DNA from: Candidatus Woesearchaeota archaeon
GTDB lineage: Archaea; Nanobdellota; Nanobdellia; Woesearchaeales; GW2011-AR9
Reading direction: 5' to 3'
Assembly: GCA_018657475.1 (NCBI GenBank)
Contig: JABHXC010000022.1
Span: 1 to 49,934 of the forward strand
DNA length: 49,934 nucleotides
Shown one piece after another: positions 32,724 through 43,492 of the stretch. A program made the position numbers and the translations under genes. Below the pieces are notes generated by a model. The model was not told the origin of the DNA. It saw only the letters and a program-made list of their open reading frames with translations, and searched no databases. The stretch's first letter is position 1; each line of letters starts with the position of its first letter.

Positions 32724-33115
32724 TCTGGCAACCTGCATTATTATATTTTTTAGGATTGTCTGGTGTAGGTGCTGGTGTATTACTAGCATTAATTGCACCA
32801 GAAGAACTCTTACCTGGAGAAAAATATTTAAGAAGGTTACAAAGTGTGTTACTTGGTTTATTATTCGCTACCGGGATTTTTGTTTTAACACAAGCAAGAG
32901 AATGGTTAATCTTAGCGATTTTTATAGTTTTGTTTTTAACAGTGATAGTGATATCTACACTTAGAACACGTATCCCTCATGAAATTTATTTTGTTTGCAT
33001 CTTACCTTTTGTTCATACATCTTTAGTTACATTATTTACAGTTATTCTTTTCTTATATGGTTTACCAACGGGCACATTACTATGGGGACAAAAAAAGATC
33101 TTGAAGCAACGTTAA
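32720..33115 (+). CDS. Multi-pass membrane protein
   Basis: Four or more hydrophobic segments; ATGA overlap with the DHH gene. Confidence 0.7.
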   Translation: MIWQPALLYFLGLSGVGAGVLLALIAPEELLPGEKYLRRLQSVLLGLLFATGIFVLTQAREWLILAIFIVLFLTVIVISTLRTRIPHEIYFVCILPFVHTSLVTLFTVILFLYGLPTGTLLWGQKKILKQR

Positions 33116-33744
33116 AAGAAAAAGTTGTTCCATTATTAGAAGAAACAATGGAAAAGCATTGGGGTATCACTATCCCAAAACTTGAAGATGATATAACTGA
33201 TCAACTAAGACAACCGTTTGTTCAAGTTTATGTTTCTTCAAGTTCTACATTTAAAGAAGCAAAGAAAAAATTTAAAGCTCAATTCTTAGAGAAAGAATTA
33301 AAGTTACATCGTGGGAACGTATCTCAATTAGCAAAGCATTTAGGGATTGATCGACGAAGTGTACATCGGGCAATAAAAAATTTAGATATTGATATTGAAG
33401 CTGTAAGAGATACAGAAGTGACTGAACAGTTTGAACAAGAAAAAGCAGTAGATCACACATTACGTGCAAGTTTAAATCAGTATCGTGACATTATTCAACC
33501 TGAAAAACTTGAACCAATGTATAAAGAAATTCCTCAATTATCTAGAAACATTGCACAATTTTTACCTCACCAAGAATTAACAATGAAAGAAGCTGAACAA
33601 GAATTTGAAAAACAATTTCTTGGGCAAGTGTTATTAGAACATAAAGGTGATATACAAGAAGCTGCTCAACAATTACAAATTAGAGTTGAAACGTTGTATA
33701 GGAAAGTTAAAAAGTTGAAAATAGCTTCAGGGAAAAATATATAA
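33082..33744 (+). CDS. Protein with two tandem Fis-type HTH domains
   Basis: GNVSQLAKHLGIDRRSVHRAIK and GDIQEAAQQLQIRVETLYRKVK; start placed at ATG 33082. Confidence 0.8.
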   Translation: MGTKKDLEATLKEKVVPLLEETMEKHWGITIPKLEDDITDQLRQPFVQVYVSSSSTFKEAKKKFKAQFLEKELKLHRGNVSQLAKHLGIDRRSVHRAIKNLDIDIEAVRDTEVTEQFEQEKAVDHTLRASLNQYRDIIQPEKLEPMYKEIPQLSRNIAQFLPHQELTMKEAEQEFEKQFLGQVLLEHKGDIQEAAQQLQIRVETLYRKVKKLKIASGKNI

Positions 33745-33767
33745 GCGGCTAAAATGTCCTTTTTTGT

Positions 33768-34199
33768 ATGGTTAGAAAAAAAGGTAGTAGCTTAGTTAAT
33801 CATAAACATCCTACAAAACATAAAAATCATCCTGTTTTTCGGCAGAGGTTAACTGCTGGGCAAAAAGCGGCTGATACTGTTGCACGGTTAGGAGGGAGTT
33901 GGGGATTTCTTGGAGTTTTTGCTATTATTCTTATAATATGGATTGTAGCAAATGCAGTATTATTATCTGCAAAACCGTTTGATCCTTACCCATTTATCTT
34001 GTTGAATTTATGTTTATCAGTGGTTGCAGCAATGCAAGCTCCAATAATCTTAATGACACAAAATCGTCAGGCTGAAAGAGATAGAATTGATGCTCATTAT
34101 GATCATGCAGTTAACAGAAAAGCAGAAAGAGAAATTCAACAGATATTGAAAGACATTGAAGTGATTAAAAGAACTTTAAGAGAAATAAGAAAGAAGTGA
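33768..34199 (+). CDS. DUF1003 family membrane protein
   Basis: GGSWGF, FDPYPFILLNL, QAPIILMTQNRQ. Confidence 0.9.
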   Translation: MVRKKGSSLVNHKHPTKHKNHPVFRQRLTAGQKAADTVARLGGSWGFLGVFAIILIIWIVANAVLLSAKPFDPYPFILLNLCLSVVAAMQAPIILMTQNRQAERDRIDAHYDHAVNRKAEREIQQILKDIEVIKRTLREIRKK

Positions 34200-34202
34200 G
34201 TG

Positions 34203-34970
34203 TTATTTTTTCTTGAACTGTTTGCTTTGTTTCCAAAACCATTCAAAATAATTTTTAAAAGAATCAGCAACTTGTTGACTTGATATTTCAAATGCGAAGG
34301 GCATATCTCCTTGTGGAATAGCAATTAATGTTACATCTTTGTAAATCATTACCCAAGAAGGAGATTCTATCTTTAATGGCATTCTTCTTGCTTCGCAAAG
34401 TTTGTAACTGTTTCTATTTTTTAGGTTTTCATCAGTTACATCTGGATGATATAATAATCGTGACTTTATTCCTAATTTATCTAGTTTAGCATTAGCTTTT
34501 TTCCAATAAGCATGATGAAATCCTGGTTGTTTAGATGGAAGACCATAAAGAACAACTTCATCTCCCTCTTTTAATTTTTGATATCTATTTTCATAAGCAG
34601 TCATTAATCCTCTAAATCCCTCATAAATATTAGCTTCGCTTTTTTTAGCTAATTTTTGTTTTAGTATTAACTTAGGAATCATCTCTTGAATCTTGCTTTT
34701 GTTATTTTGAATTTCTTTTTCTCTTGATTCAACATAATCCAAGAGTTTATTTGGGGGAGCTGCTTGATAATGTTTTGTTTTTTCTTTTGTAATGTAGGAA
34801 ACAAGTCCTTTCTTGATCAATTTCTCAAGTATTCTGTAGATAATTGATCTGGTAACACCTGATTTTTCAAGAATTGGGCCAATTGTTGATGATCCTAACT
34901 CTAACAATGCTAGATATGTTCTTGTTTCTCCATCAGTTAATCCTGCTTCTTTTAATGCTGAAGTGTCCAT
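34203..34970 (-). CDS. TrmB-family transcriptional regulator
   Basis: GLTDGETRTYLALLELG...YRILEKLIKKGLV, YEGFRG. Confidence 0.88.
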   Translation of the reverse strand: MDTSALKEAGLTDGETRTYLALLELGSSTIGPILEKSGVTRSIIYRILEKLIKKGLVSYITKEKTKHYQAAPPNKLLDYVESREKEIQNNKSKIQEMIPKLILKQKLAKKSEANIYEGFRGLMTAYENRYQKLKEGDEVVLYGLPSKQPGFHHAYWKKANAKLDKLGIKSRLLYHPDVTDENLKNRNSYKLCEARRMPLKIESPSWVMIYKDVTLIAIPQGDMPFAFEISSQQVADSFKNYFEWFWKQSKQFKKK

Positions 34971-35013
34971 TATTAGTTTCAATTGGTTGTTTTATTTAAA
35001 TCTTTTTAATAAG

Positions 35014-35031
35014 CATACCTGTGGTGGTATG
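35014..35031. promoter_or_regulatory. Candidate operator palindrome CATACC-N6-GGTATG
   Basis: Perfect inverted repeat between the divergent TATA-like boxes of the TrmB gene and the 35098 ORF. Confidence 0.45.
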
Positions 35032-35097
35032 ATAAGAATAATAAACTTGTATGTTGTTACTTATCAATAATAAACCTGACCAAGAGGTAAAATAAAA

Positions 35098-35685
35098 ATG
35101 ATAATTGATGAAAGAAGTGAAAAGAATCAAAGGATGTTAGGAGAACTTCAAGATAGATTTAATTCCATCCCAGAAATTGAAGGAAGTAGAATATTAAATG
35201 GTGACCCTGATTTTGTAAGAAGATGGGGTTCTGTTTTTAATTTCAATTATGACGGAAGATGGAATGGTGAAGTTAGCAATTTATTCGTAGAACGAAGAGA
35301 TCGTGATTTAGATTATAGTATCGAAAATGCAATAAAAGACGGGGTTCTACGATACTGCCACGACAACGGATTGGAAGTTTTCGAAGACTTATCTGGAAAT
35401 CCTGCGGGTGTTGTTCTAAGACGTGATAGGTACTCGCCTACCCCCGTAACATACACCACTTCATCTCATAGAAGGACTATACAAATATCACTTTTAGGAG
35501 GAGTTGGAGGATATTCAGATGCTTTGTCCTATCAAGAAGGAAAAGTTCTAGTGAGAGGAAGTCCAAACCCAAATATTTATTGGACAGGATTTCCTAAAAA
35601 CATACATGATTTTCGTTGCGGACAGGAATTGGTAAAACCTAAAGAAGGCGAAATTGTTGAACTTCCTAGATTTTCTTCAAAATAA
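35098..35685 (+). CDS. Hypothetical protein
   Basis: 195-aa ORF with GAGGT SD. Confidence 0.6.
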   Translation: MIIDERSEKNQRMLGELQDRFNSIPEIEGSRILNGDPDFVRRWGSVFNFNYDGRWNGEVSNLFVERRDRDLDYSIENAIKDGVLRYCHDNGLEVFEDLSGNPAGVVLRRDRYSPTPVTYTTSSHRRTIQISLLGGVGGYSDALSYQEGKVLVRGSPNPNIYWTGFPKNIHDFRCGQELVKPKEGEIVELPRFSSK

Positions 35686-35809
35686 TTTTTTTTAAAGAAA
35701 CTCCCCATTAAAGTGTTATATGAATTTTGTTTATTTTTTGTAATTCTTTAAGAAAGAAAAATTTTAATTTAGTATATATTAAAATAAAAAAATAAAATAA
35801 AAAAAAGAA

Positions 35810-37816
35810 TTAAATTAAAGTTAAACCGTACATCACAAATAGTGGTGCGAAGACGATTGCTAAAGTGTTAATAACTTTAATTAATGCGTTTAATGCTGGT
35901 CCTGCTGTGTCTTTAAATGGGTCACCAACAGTGTCACCGATAACAGCAGCTTTATGAGCATCTTTACCTTTTCCACCAAGGTTACCATCTTCAATGTACT
36001 TCTTTGCATTGTCCCATGCTGCTCCAGCATTTGCCATGAATAATGCTAAAAGTAAACCGCTTAAGATAACTCCAATAAGTAAACCACCTAATGCATGAAG
36101 ACCTAACAATAAACCAACAAGTAACGGTGCAGATACAGCAATTACTGCTGGAACGATCATGTTACGAAGAGCTGCTTTTGTTACGATGTCAACACATTTA
36201 CCATATTCAGGTTTTGCTTTACCTGCCATTAAACCTTTAATTTCTTTAAATTGTCTACGTACTTCAACAACAATTTTATGGGCTGAAGAACCAACTGCTT
36301 TCATTAACACTGCAGAGAAAATAAATGGTAATAAAGCTCCAATAAACAAACCAACAACAACTGCAGGATCTGTTAAGAGAAATTGTAATGGTTCTGAAAC
36401 TAAATGACCAATTTCTTGTGTAAACGCAACAAACAATGCTAAAGCACCTAATGCGGCTGAACCTATCGCATAACCTTTAGTTACTGCTTTAGTAGTATTA
36501 CCAACAGCATCTAATGCATCAGTTGTTTTTCTTACTTTTTTGTCCAAACCAGCCATTTCAGCGATTCCGCCTGCATTGTCAGTAATTGGACCGTAACTAT
36601 CAAGAGCGATAATTACTCCAGTTAAAGATAACATTGCAAGTGCAGCTATAGCAATCCCATAAACTCCAGCTAATAAGTAAGCTGCGATAATTCCTGCACA
36701 AATGATTAACACAGGGAAAAGAGTGGATTGTAACCCAACTGCTAAACCTGTAATTAAATTTGTCCCAGCACCAGTAACTGATGCTTCAGCAATACTTCTT
36801 ACTGGTTTATATTTTGTACTAGTATAATATTCAGTAATAACATTGATTAAAATTGTAATAACTAAACCTACAAGAGTTGCTAAGAACAAGTTTAATGGGT
36901 TATTAGTAAGAACTGTTACAATGTAAAAACCGATCGCAGCAACAACTCCAGAAGCAAAGAGGCCTTTATACAATGCCCCCATAATGTTCCCGGATTTACC
37001 TAAACGAACGAAAAGTGTTCCAATAATAGAAGCAATAATAGCTACTACACCAAGCATTAATGGATATTCAATTGCCATATTGAAAGATTTTGATACTGAA
37101 GGCATTAGTGCAAGTAACATTGCAGCAAGCATTGTTACTACATAAGTTTCATACAAATCTGCACCCATTCCTGCACAATCTCCAACATTGTCTCCAACAT
37201 TATCAGCAATAGTTGCAGGGTTTCTTGGATCGTCTTCAGGAATATTTTTTTCAATTTTTCCTACTAAATCTGCACCAACATCAGCAGCTTTTGTGAAAAT
37301 CCCACCACCTACTCTTGCAAATAATGAGATTAATGATGCTCCAAAACCTAAACCGATTAACATAACTGGATCTTTAAAGATTGTATAAAAAACGCTTACA
37401 GCAAGTAATGCTAAGCCGACAACTGCCATTCCTGTAACTGAGCCACCTTGAAATGCAACTTTTAATGCTTCTTTAACTCCAACTTTTGCTGTTTCAGCGG
37501 TTCTTACATTAGCTCGAACAGAAATGCTCATACCAATATATCCAGATAATCCTGATAGGATTGCTCCAAAAATAAAACCACCTGCGACTATCCAATTGAA
37601 CAGGAAACCTAAGATGATAGTAATAATAACTGCAAAAATTGCAATTGTTTTGTATTGCCTGGCCATATAAGCCATTGCTCCTTCTCTAATAGCACCAGCA
37701 ATAGCTTGCATTTTTTCTGAACCCGGTTTAACTTTAAGAATTCTGAATGATAAAAATCCTGCATAACCTAATGCTAATAAACTAACAATAATTGCGATAA
37801 TTCCAACATTAACCAT
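35810..37816 (-). CDS. hppA: Membrane-bound pyrophosphatase, probably K+-independent H+ pump
   Basis: [26 protein letters not shown] (Lys at the determinant position), [10 protein letters not shown]. Confidence 0.96.
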   Translation of the reverse strand: MVNVGIIAIIVSLLALGYAGFLSFRILKVKPGSEKMQAIAGAIREGAMAYMARQYKTIAIFAVIITIILGFLFNWIVAGGFIFGAILSGLSGYIGMSISVRANVRTAETAKVGVKEALKVAFQGGSVTGMAVVGLALLAVSVFYTIFKDPVMLIGLGFGASLISLFARVGGGIFTKAADVGADLVGKIEKNIPEDDPRNPATIADNVGDNVGDCAGMGADLYETYVVTMLAAMLLALMPSVSKSFNMAIEYPLMLGVVAIIASIIGTLFVRLGKSGNIMGALYKGLFASGVVAAIGFYIVTVLTNNPLNLFLATLVGLVITILINVITEYYTSTKYKPVRSIAEASVTGAGTNLITGLAVGLQSTLFPVLIICAGIIAAYLLAGVYGIAIAALAMLSLTGVIIALDSYGPITDNAGGIAEMAGLDKKVRKTTDALDAVGNTTKAVTKGYAIGSAALGALALFVAFTQEIGHLVSEPLQFLLTDPAVVVGLFIGALLPFIFSAVLMKAVGSSAHKIVVEVRRQFKEIKGLMAGKAKPEYGKCVDIVTKAALRNMIVPAVIAVSAPLLVGLLLGLHALGGLLIGVILSGLLLALFMANAGAAWDNAKKYIEDGNLGGKGKDAHKAAVIGDTVGDPFKDTAGPALNALIKVINTLAIVFAPLFVMYGLTLI

Positions 37817-37883
37817 AGTATTTCTTCCCCCACTTACGTGATTCTTTGCAATGTTGAAAGTTGGTTTATATATTTTACTATTC

Positions 37884-38255
37884 TTATTTAACTAAAATGA
37901 CTTTCTTCTTCTGCCTAATAGTAAGATAAGGTCTTTTTAACCTATTGCGTAATTCTTTATCTTGAGTTAAAATTAAATCGCCTAGTTTAGAATATTTTAC
38001 TAAAATATCATCTACTAAACCTTTACTTGGAATAACTTCTACATCTCTTGCTTTAAGTAAAGCTAATCCTAATTTAGCTGCAGCTTTATGTTTTCCTGGT
38101 TGTTCATGTTGAATTTTTTCTAGTTCGTCAATTGTCCCTTCAAGTATGTAAATTTCATAATGGAAGTCACAACATTCTTCTAAAGCAGAAAATATATCTA
38201 ACTGCAAGCCTGCGATTGCCATCACGGCATTTGTATCAAGTATTATTCTTTTCAT
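37884..38255 (-). CDS. PIN-domain protein, Fcf1/Utp24-like
   Basis: IILDTN, DELE, VDD, LTQDKELR. Confidence 0.85.
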   Translation of the reverse strand: MKRIILDTNAVMAIAGLQLDIFSALEECCDFHYEIYILEGTIDELEKIQHEQPGKHKAAAKLGLALLKARDVEVIPSKGLVDDILVKYSKLGDLILTQDKELRNRLKRPYLTIRQKKKVILVK

Positions 38256-39057
38256 TGTTTAACGCCGCAATCCAGAATATTCTAGTTAAAATGAGAACAC
38301 TTACAACGATAATTGTGAGAATAACAACTAACCAAGCAAGTTCAGTAAATGTTAAGACTGAATATAACCCATATAAAATGCTTCCAAGAATTGCTAAATT
38401 AATTAATAACACCATTAGGGTTTTAGGTAATTTCTTAATTGTTGTAACAAAAATTTTCTTTGGCCATTTTTTCCATGAACTGGTTAATGCTGCTGCAGAA
38501 TTTAACAATAAGAAATAAAAAATTATAAACAAAACAGTGAAAGTTGTTCCCCAAGTGTTAATACTTCCAGGGGATATTGCAAGACTTGTAATTTGTTTAG
38601 AAAAAATCCAAATTAGGATTATATATGGTATTGTTACAATTAATGTTGCGGTTATATACTGTAAACAGTATGTTTTCCATAATCTCCAAGAAAACTTTTC
38701 TGAAAGAATTGAATGTGACCCTGTCCATAAAATACTGTTTAAAATAAGAAAAATCAGTAAACTCCACAGTATCATTTGAAATGTGTTTTTTATCATTGAT
38801 TTGTAACTTTGTAAAATAAGTGCAGTATCTTGCAGAAATGGTTGTCCTGCATCGATTAACTCAGGGTTTGTATTGGCCCCTTCCACAGCAGTCATTATTG
38901 ATTCTACATCTTCAAGAATTTTAATTTGAAAACCTAACACTAATGTTGCAAGGATAACTATTAAGACTAATTGTAAAGCAGCTAAGCTTAGAAATAATCC
39001 TGGCTTTTTTTTAATGCCATGAAACGTTTGACTTAGGCTTTTTTTAAGATATTGCAT
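38236..39057 (-). CDS. Multi-pass membrane protein
   Basis: About six hydrophobic helices. Confidence 0.75.
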   Translation of the reverse strand: MQYLKKSLSQTFHGIKKKPGLFLSLAALQLVLIVILATLVLGFQIKILEDVESIMTAVEGANTNPELIDAGQPFLQDTALILQSYKSMIKNTFQMILWSLLIFLILNSILWTGSHSILSEKFSWRLWKTYCLQYITATLIVTIPYIILIWIFSKQITSLAISPGSINTWGTTFTVLFIIFYFLLLNSAAALTSSWKKWPKKIFVTTIKKLPKTLMVLLINLAILGSILYGLYSVLTFTELAWLVVILTIIVVSVLILTRIFWIAALNNEKNNT

Positions 39058-39081
39058 ATAATAAAAAGAAAAAGAGGAGGT

Positions 39082-39273
39082 TTAAAAGATTTCCTCTAAG
39101 TCACTGTCTTCAAAAGGGCTAAATGATGGATCTGTGGCTCCCCTGACGAAACCTGCTTCCCAAGGAGCAATCTCATCATCATCTACAAGCAATGCTCTAC
39201 CTTCATCGGTGTAAATACTCTTATCAAATTGGTATTCTTCTTCCTGCAAGAACTCTTTCCATTTTTTTGGCAT
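39082..39273 (-). CDS. Small acidic protein
   Basis: GGGGTGG SD before ATG 39273; DDDEIAPWEAGF. Confidence 0.6.
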   Translation of the reverse strand: MPKKWKEFLQEEEYQFDKSIYTDEGRALLVDDDEIAPWEAGFVRGATDPSFSPFEDSDLEEIF

Positions 39274-39439
39274 TTTAACCACCCCAGGTTATTGATATTA
39301 TTAACATAAGTTTTAAATATAAATACATTTCCTAAATGGTATATATCACTCTATTTGTGGTATATGCATACTTATAGAAAGTAACAAAGGAATATAGGGA
39401 AATTTGGAAAGAATTTTTGAACTCTATTTTGAGTAATGA

Positions 39440-40399
39440 ATGTTAAAAATGGAATATAGAAAGTTAATAGCGTTTGGAAAAAGTAGTTATGTTATTTCTT
39501 TACCTAAAGCATGGATTCGTCAACAGAAGATGAAGAAAGGAGACTTAATTTATCTTGAAGAACGTGAAAATAGTCTTTTATTGAGTTCTAAAATTCAGGG
39601 ATCTCCTGAACCAAAGAAAATAACGATATCTGTAGATAATAAAAAAATACCGCAAATTAGAAGAGAAGTTAATGCAGCTTATATTGAAAATTATCGTGAA
39701 ATTGCTCTAGTTGGTAAGCAATTAAAACAACAATCAGCAGAACTTTTAGATATGGCAAGAAGCTTAATAGCTTTAGAAGTTTTAGAGATTACTACTGAAA
39801 AAATAGTTACAAAAGATTTTTTGGATATGGACAAAGTGTCTATTAAAGAATTAATTAAAAAAATGGATATGATTGTTCGTTCTATGTTAAAAGATTGTAC
39901 ATTAATGTTTGTTGAAGACAGTGCAGAGAATATTGCTTTACGGGATCACGACGTAAATCGGCTAAGTTTTTTACTATTTAGAGTAATTCGATACAGTATG
40001 CGAAATCCTGCTCGGGCTTTTAAAAATTCTTCATTGTCAATTCCTGAGTTGTTAAATCATTATATTTTAACTTCTTTATTAGAAAATATTGCAGATGAAG
40101 CAAAGAGGATGTCACGTGTTATGAAAAAGATGAAATTATCAAAAAAAGAGAAAGAAGATTGTATTCAAGTTCTTAAAAATGTTGAGGAATTGTATTTAGC
40201 TATCATGAAAGCATATTATATTGAGGATAGAAATTTATCATTAGAATTATCTAATAAAAAGCATGATCTTATTAATTTAATTAACACATTTCAGGATAGT
40301 GTAAAAACTTCTACTAAAGAATTAACTTATTTTGTTGATCGATGTCGCCGTTTAGTTGGTCAAACACATGAAACAGGTAGATTAACATATCAGCAATAA
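39440..40399 (+). CDS. AbrB + PhoU archaeal phosphate-uptake-regulator family protein
   Basis: RKLIAFGKSSYVISLPKAW; PhoU-like DHDVNRL and LENIAD. Confidence 0.85.
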   Translation: MLKMEYRKLIAFGKSSYVISLPKAWIRQQKMKKGDLIYLEERENSLLLSSKIQGSPEPKKITISVDNKKIPQIRREVNAAYIENYREIALVGKQLKQQSAELLDMARSLIALEVLEITTEKIVTKDFLDMDKVSIKELIKKMDMIVRSMLKDCTLMFVEDSAENIALRDHDVNRLSFLLFRVIRYSMRNPARAFKNSSLSIPELLNHYILTSLLENIADEAKRMSRVMKKMKLSKKEKEDCIQVLKNVEELYLAIMKAYYIEDRNLSLELSNKKHDLINLINTFQDSVKTSTKELTYFVDRCRRLVGQTHETGRLTYQQ

Positions 40400-40477
40400 C
40401 TATCACTTAATGGTAAATATATACAAAATATTTATAAAATATATTTTTCTTAATGTTTTTGGGGGACAATAATACAT

Positions 40478-41869
40478 ATGACTATAAATTTGCTGCCTTT
40501 AGGACAGAAACCATTGAATGAATTTACATTAGAAGATTTTCGTGAACAGAGAGTTCTTGGTGAAACTTATCTTGGTTCAGATATTACTGGTGTAAAAAAT
40601 AATGCATCAATGGGTTCAGGGCATTCAATATCCGGTATTCTTTATTTTACCGGTCAAGGAAATGGTTATGGAGCAGTTGATCGTCGTTTGTTTGCAAAAC
40701 AGTTGTTGCCAACAGTTGATCATTCTGATACATACAAAGTAGGTAGGGAACCTTATGTTTTGTACTTTAGAGAATTACAAGCACTTAAAACTGTTAGTGT
40801 TGGTGTAGGAACAGATTTGACATTTCCTTTTGTTGCGCAGGATGATACTAGATTAATTTTCTTTCAACGATATGCACGTGCGAAGTCTGATGCTGATCGG
40901 TTAACTGAAATGACACATCCCATTGCAAGAAAAAGAGTAGCTTATGCTGGACATCGTAGTATTGCTTGTCTTAATGCGAGATTGCGGACAAGAAAATATT
41001 GTTTTCACGATTCACTTCTTGTTGATAAGTTTAGTGTTGATAAAAAAAGTGCTGATATTGTAGATTATTTTGAAACTTGGAGATTGTATTCAAGTGATTA
41101 TTCTCGGGAAGAAATAGTTAATCTAACTGCTAATGGGATGAAAAAAGTTTTAGATGAACTAAAACTAAAAAATCTTGAAAGTGATGTTTCTATCTTAGTT
41201 GGCGAGGGATGGAAAGCGTTAGAATTTTTATCTGAACCAGGACACGGTGATATGCGTGCTCACCATGTTATTGGGCCAGAAGAAACTCGTGCTGATAGGC
41301 CTAAACAAAGAAAATTTATTGATTGGGATCGGTTTGGATTATACCCAAATGTTTTAAGTCATGTTACTTATTCAAGTATGGAAGGTGGTCTTGCAGAAAT
41401 TCCTTTAGATGAAATATGTGGTCTGGGGGGAAGAGTTTTGGCATATGATAAAGCAGCTTCGAATAATGATGCTAAAATTAGAAATCGATCTTTAAGAAAT
41501 CTTGATAAGATGTCACACAAAAAGGTTATTGCTTCTGTTAAATCTTCATTAAAAAATAAATTTGCTGTACAATACTTGGCTTTAGCTATTGAAGATCATA
41601 TGCATTTACAATCAAGTAGTCTTCGTTGGCCAAGAAATCAACTTGCAGGATTAATTAGTGGTATTCCTGGATGGAGTTTGGAAAAGATGGTTAACACTAG
41701 ACCGCAAAAAATTGTTGAAATTTTAGATTTTGTTGCACAAAATAAAAAATTACTAAATTCTATGGATGATCCTGTTGGTGCACGCAAATACTTTGCACGT
41801 TTAGGAGATAAGCTTATTCAGGCTGAATTGGTTGATGTTCCTGAAACTGTTTTAAGTAGGTTGAAATAA
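40478..41869 (+). CDS. Protein-kinase-like (APH/choline-kinase-type) phosphotransferase
   Basis: GSGHS loop, LFAK, RE, HGDMRAHH, FIDWD. Confidence 0.65.
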   Translation: MTINLLPLGQKPLNEFTLEDFREQRVLGETYLGSDITGVKNNASMGSGHSISGILYFTGQGNGYGAVDRRLFAKQLLPTVDHSDTYKVGREPYVLYFRELQALKTVSVGVGTDLTFPFVAQDDTRLIFFQRYARAKSDADRLTEMTHPIARKRVAYAGHRSIACLNARLRTRKYCFHDSLLVDKFSVDKKSADIVDYFETWRLYSSDYSREEIVNLTANGMKKVLDELKLKNLESDVSILVGEGWKALEFLSEPGHGDMRAHHVIGPEETRADRPKQRKFIDWDRFGLYPNVLSHVTYSSMEGGLAEIPLDEICGLGGRVLAYDKAASNNDAKIRNRSLRNLDKMSHKKVIASVKSSLKNKFAVQYLALAIEDHMHLQSSSLRWPRNQLAGLISGIPGWSLEKMVNTRPQKIVEILDFVAQNKKLLNSMDDPVGARKYFARLGDKLIQAELVDVPETVLSRLK

Positions 41870-41876
41870 TTTTTTG

Positions 41877-41901
41877 CACTGGTCAACTGGACAAGTGTAA
41901 G
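41877..41901 (+). repeat. Conserved motif copy 1 (ACTGGWCA tandem) upstream of LAGLIDADG gene
   Basis: CACTGGTCAACTGGACAAGTGTAAG; 21/25 identical to 44618-44642. Confidence 0.8.
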
Positions 41902-41935
41902 TAGAGTTTATATTCTAATAAATTATTTTTAATGT

Positions 41936-42688
41936 ATGAAAGAATTAGAAGCAGAATTTCTTGGAAGATATTTTGGGGATGGTTGTTTAACTGTAAAAAA
42001 TAATAAAGCACAATTTTCTATAACTGGTGATTTAAAAGAAGAAAAAGAGTTTTACAAAAGAGTTGTTGTTCCAGAATTTAATGAATTGTTTAATCTTTCT
42101 TTAAAGTTAAGAGAGTATAAATCTAATGGTGTTTGTGGTTTATATTATTCAAGTAAAAATTTTGCAAGAGAATTACAAGAAACATATAATCTTAAACCTG
42201 GAAAGAAATTAAATGTTAATTTACCTCTTCTTAAGACTAAAAATGAAAAAATAGCTTTTTTAAGAGGAATTTTTGATACCGATGGTAGTATTTATTTTTG
42301 TAAAAGTTATTTTAAAACTAAAAAACCAACTTTTTGTAACTCATTTCATTATAAACCAAAGATAAAAATAGCTTTAATCTCTGAAAAAATAATCACTTTT
42401 ATTTATAACATATTCTTGGAACTTGATCTCTCTCCAAGGATGTATTCTCCAAGAAAGCAAAAAAAACAAGAAAACATAATTTATGCGTTGGTATTGGATA
42501 ACGATAAAGATGTTAAAAAATGGATCACAGAAATTGGTTTTAAAAATATTAAACATAAAACAAAAGTAAAAGTTTGGGAAAAATATGGTTTTTGTCCGCC
42601 AAAAACAACAATAAAAGATAGATATATGATTCTTCAAGGGGTTTTAGATCCACTAACATTTTATTCTTGGAAACAGAATGATTTATAA
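41936..42688 (+). CDS. Free-standing double-motif LAGLIDADG endonuclease-like protein
   Basis: EFLGRYFGDG and AFLRGIFDTDG; no intein splicing motifs. Confidence 0.9.
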   Translation: MKELEAEFLGRYFGDGCLTVKNNKAQFSITGDLKEEKEFYKRVVVPEFNELFNLSLKLREYKSNGVCGLYYSSKNFARELQETYNLKPGKKLNVNLPLLKTKNEKIAFLRGIFDTDGSIYFCKSYFKTKKPTFCNSFHYKPKIKIALISEKIITFIYNIFLELDLSPRMYSPRKQKKQENIIYALVLDNDKDVKKWITEIGFKNIKHKTKVKVWEKYGFCPPKTTIKDRYMILQGVLDPLTFYSWKQNDL

Positions 42689-42748
42689 ATAACTTCTAGG
42701 TTCAGATTATAAACTTACTATGCGAAGAGACACCTGTGATACAGACAT

Positions 42749-42898
42749 GCGGGGGTAGCAAAGTCTGGTTAAATGCGCAGGAGGGCTTTAGTGCTCTGCG
42801 AAACTTAAGACCAGCTTGATAGATTCTCTATTGAGCTAAGATTGTGTAAGCAATCCTGTCTCTTAGTGGGTTCGAGGGTTCAAATCCCTTCCCCCGCA
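42749..42898 (+). tRNA. tRNA-Leu(TAA) with two introns: 30/31 (42782-42802) and 37/38 (42810-42852)
   Basis: GCGGGGG/CCCCCGC acceptor; junctions CGCA-GG|A...TGCG-AA|A and CTTA-AG|A...TAAG-CA|A give CAGGA CTTAAGA TCCTG; long variable arm. Confidence 0.92.
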
Positions 42899-42964
42899 CA
42901 TTTTCTTTTTATTTTCTTTAATTGCTATATTTGAAACCATAGTTTTATAAACTGACCATTCAAT

Positions 42965-43369
42965 TTGATGATTATGGCATTCAGAAGAGAAAGTTCAGAC
43001 AGATCAAGTGCAAGGGGATCAAGAACCTTTGCAGGTAGAGATACTAATAAACGAGGTTCTCATCGTTCTGAAAGAGGTAGTTCTGGTGGATACGGTAAAA
43101 GAAGTTCTAGAGATTTTGGTGGAAGAAATTCTGACAGAAGAGGTTCTGACAGAAGAGGATCAGATCGTCCAGAAATGACTAAAGTAACTTGTGATTCATG
43201 TGGGAAAAGATGTGAAGTACCATTCAAACCAACTTCTAACAAACCAATTTATTGCAGTGATTGTTTTAGAAAAGAATCTAGCCCAAGATCAAGCGGTTCT
43301 GGTAGTAAAGATTTAGCTGAAATTAACAAGAAGCTTGACAAAATAATGGATGCATTAGATATTAATTGA
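42965..43369 (+). CDS. CxxC-x17-CxxC zinc-ribbon protein with R/G/S-rich low-complexity N-terminus
   Basis: CDSCGKRCEVPFKP...PIYCSDCF; SDRRG repeats. Confidence 0.85.
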   Translation: MMIMAFRRESSDRSSARGSRTFAGRDTNKRGSHRSERGSSGGYGKRSSRDFGGRNSDRRGSDRRGSDRPEMTKVTCDSCGKRCEVPFKPTSNKPIYCSDCFRKESSPRSSGSGSKDLAEINKKLDKIMDALDIN

Positions 43370-43492
43370 TTATTAATTTTATTTTTATTGTTTATTCATT
43401 ATTATTTGTTTTTCATTAAGATTCTATTTTAATTTATTTTTATAAAAATAAAAAGAAGATATATAACAGATACTTCTTTTTTTAGATAATAA

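Noticed and set aside
32995..33081. N-terminal extension of the Fis-HTH ORF
   Set aside because: Overlaps the membrane-protein gene out of frame; ATG 33082 is more plausible.
39337..39429. TGGTATAT and ACTCTATTT direct repeats upstream of the AbrB/PhoU regulator
   Set aside because: Short and AT-rich; could be an operator but cannot be supported from sequence alone.
43128..43170. 15-nt tandem repeat (TCTGACAGAAGAGGT-like)
   Set aside because: Coding SDRRG low-complexity repeat with no spacers; not CRISPR. No CRISPR array or cas gene was seen in the window.
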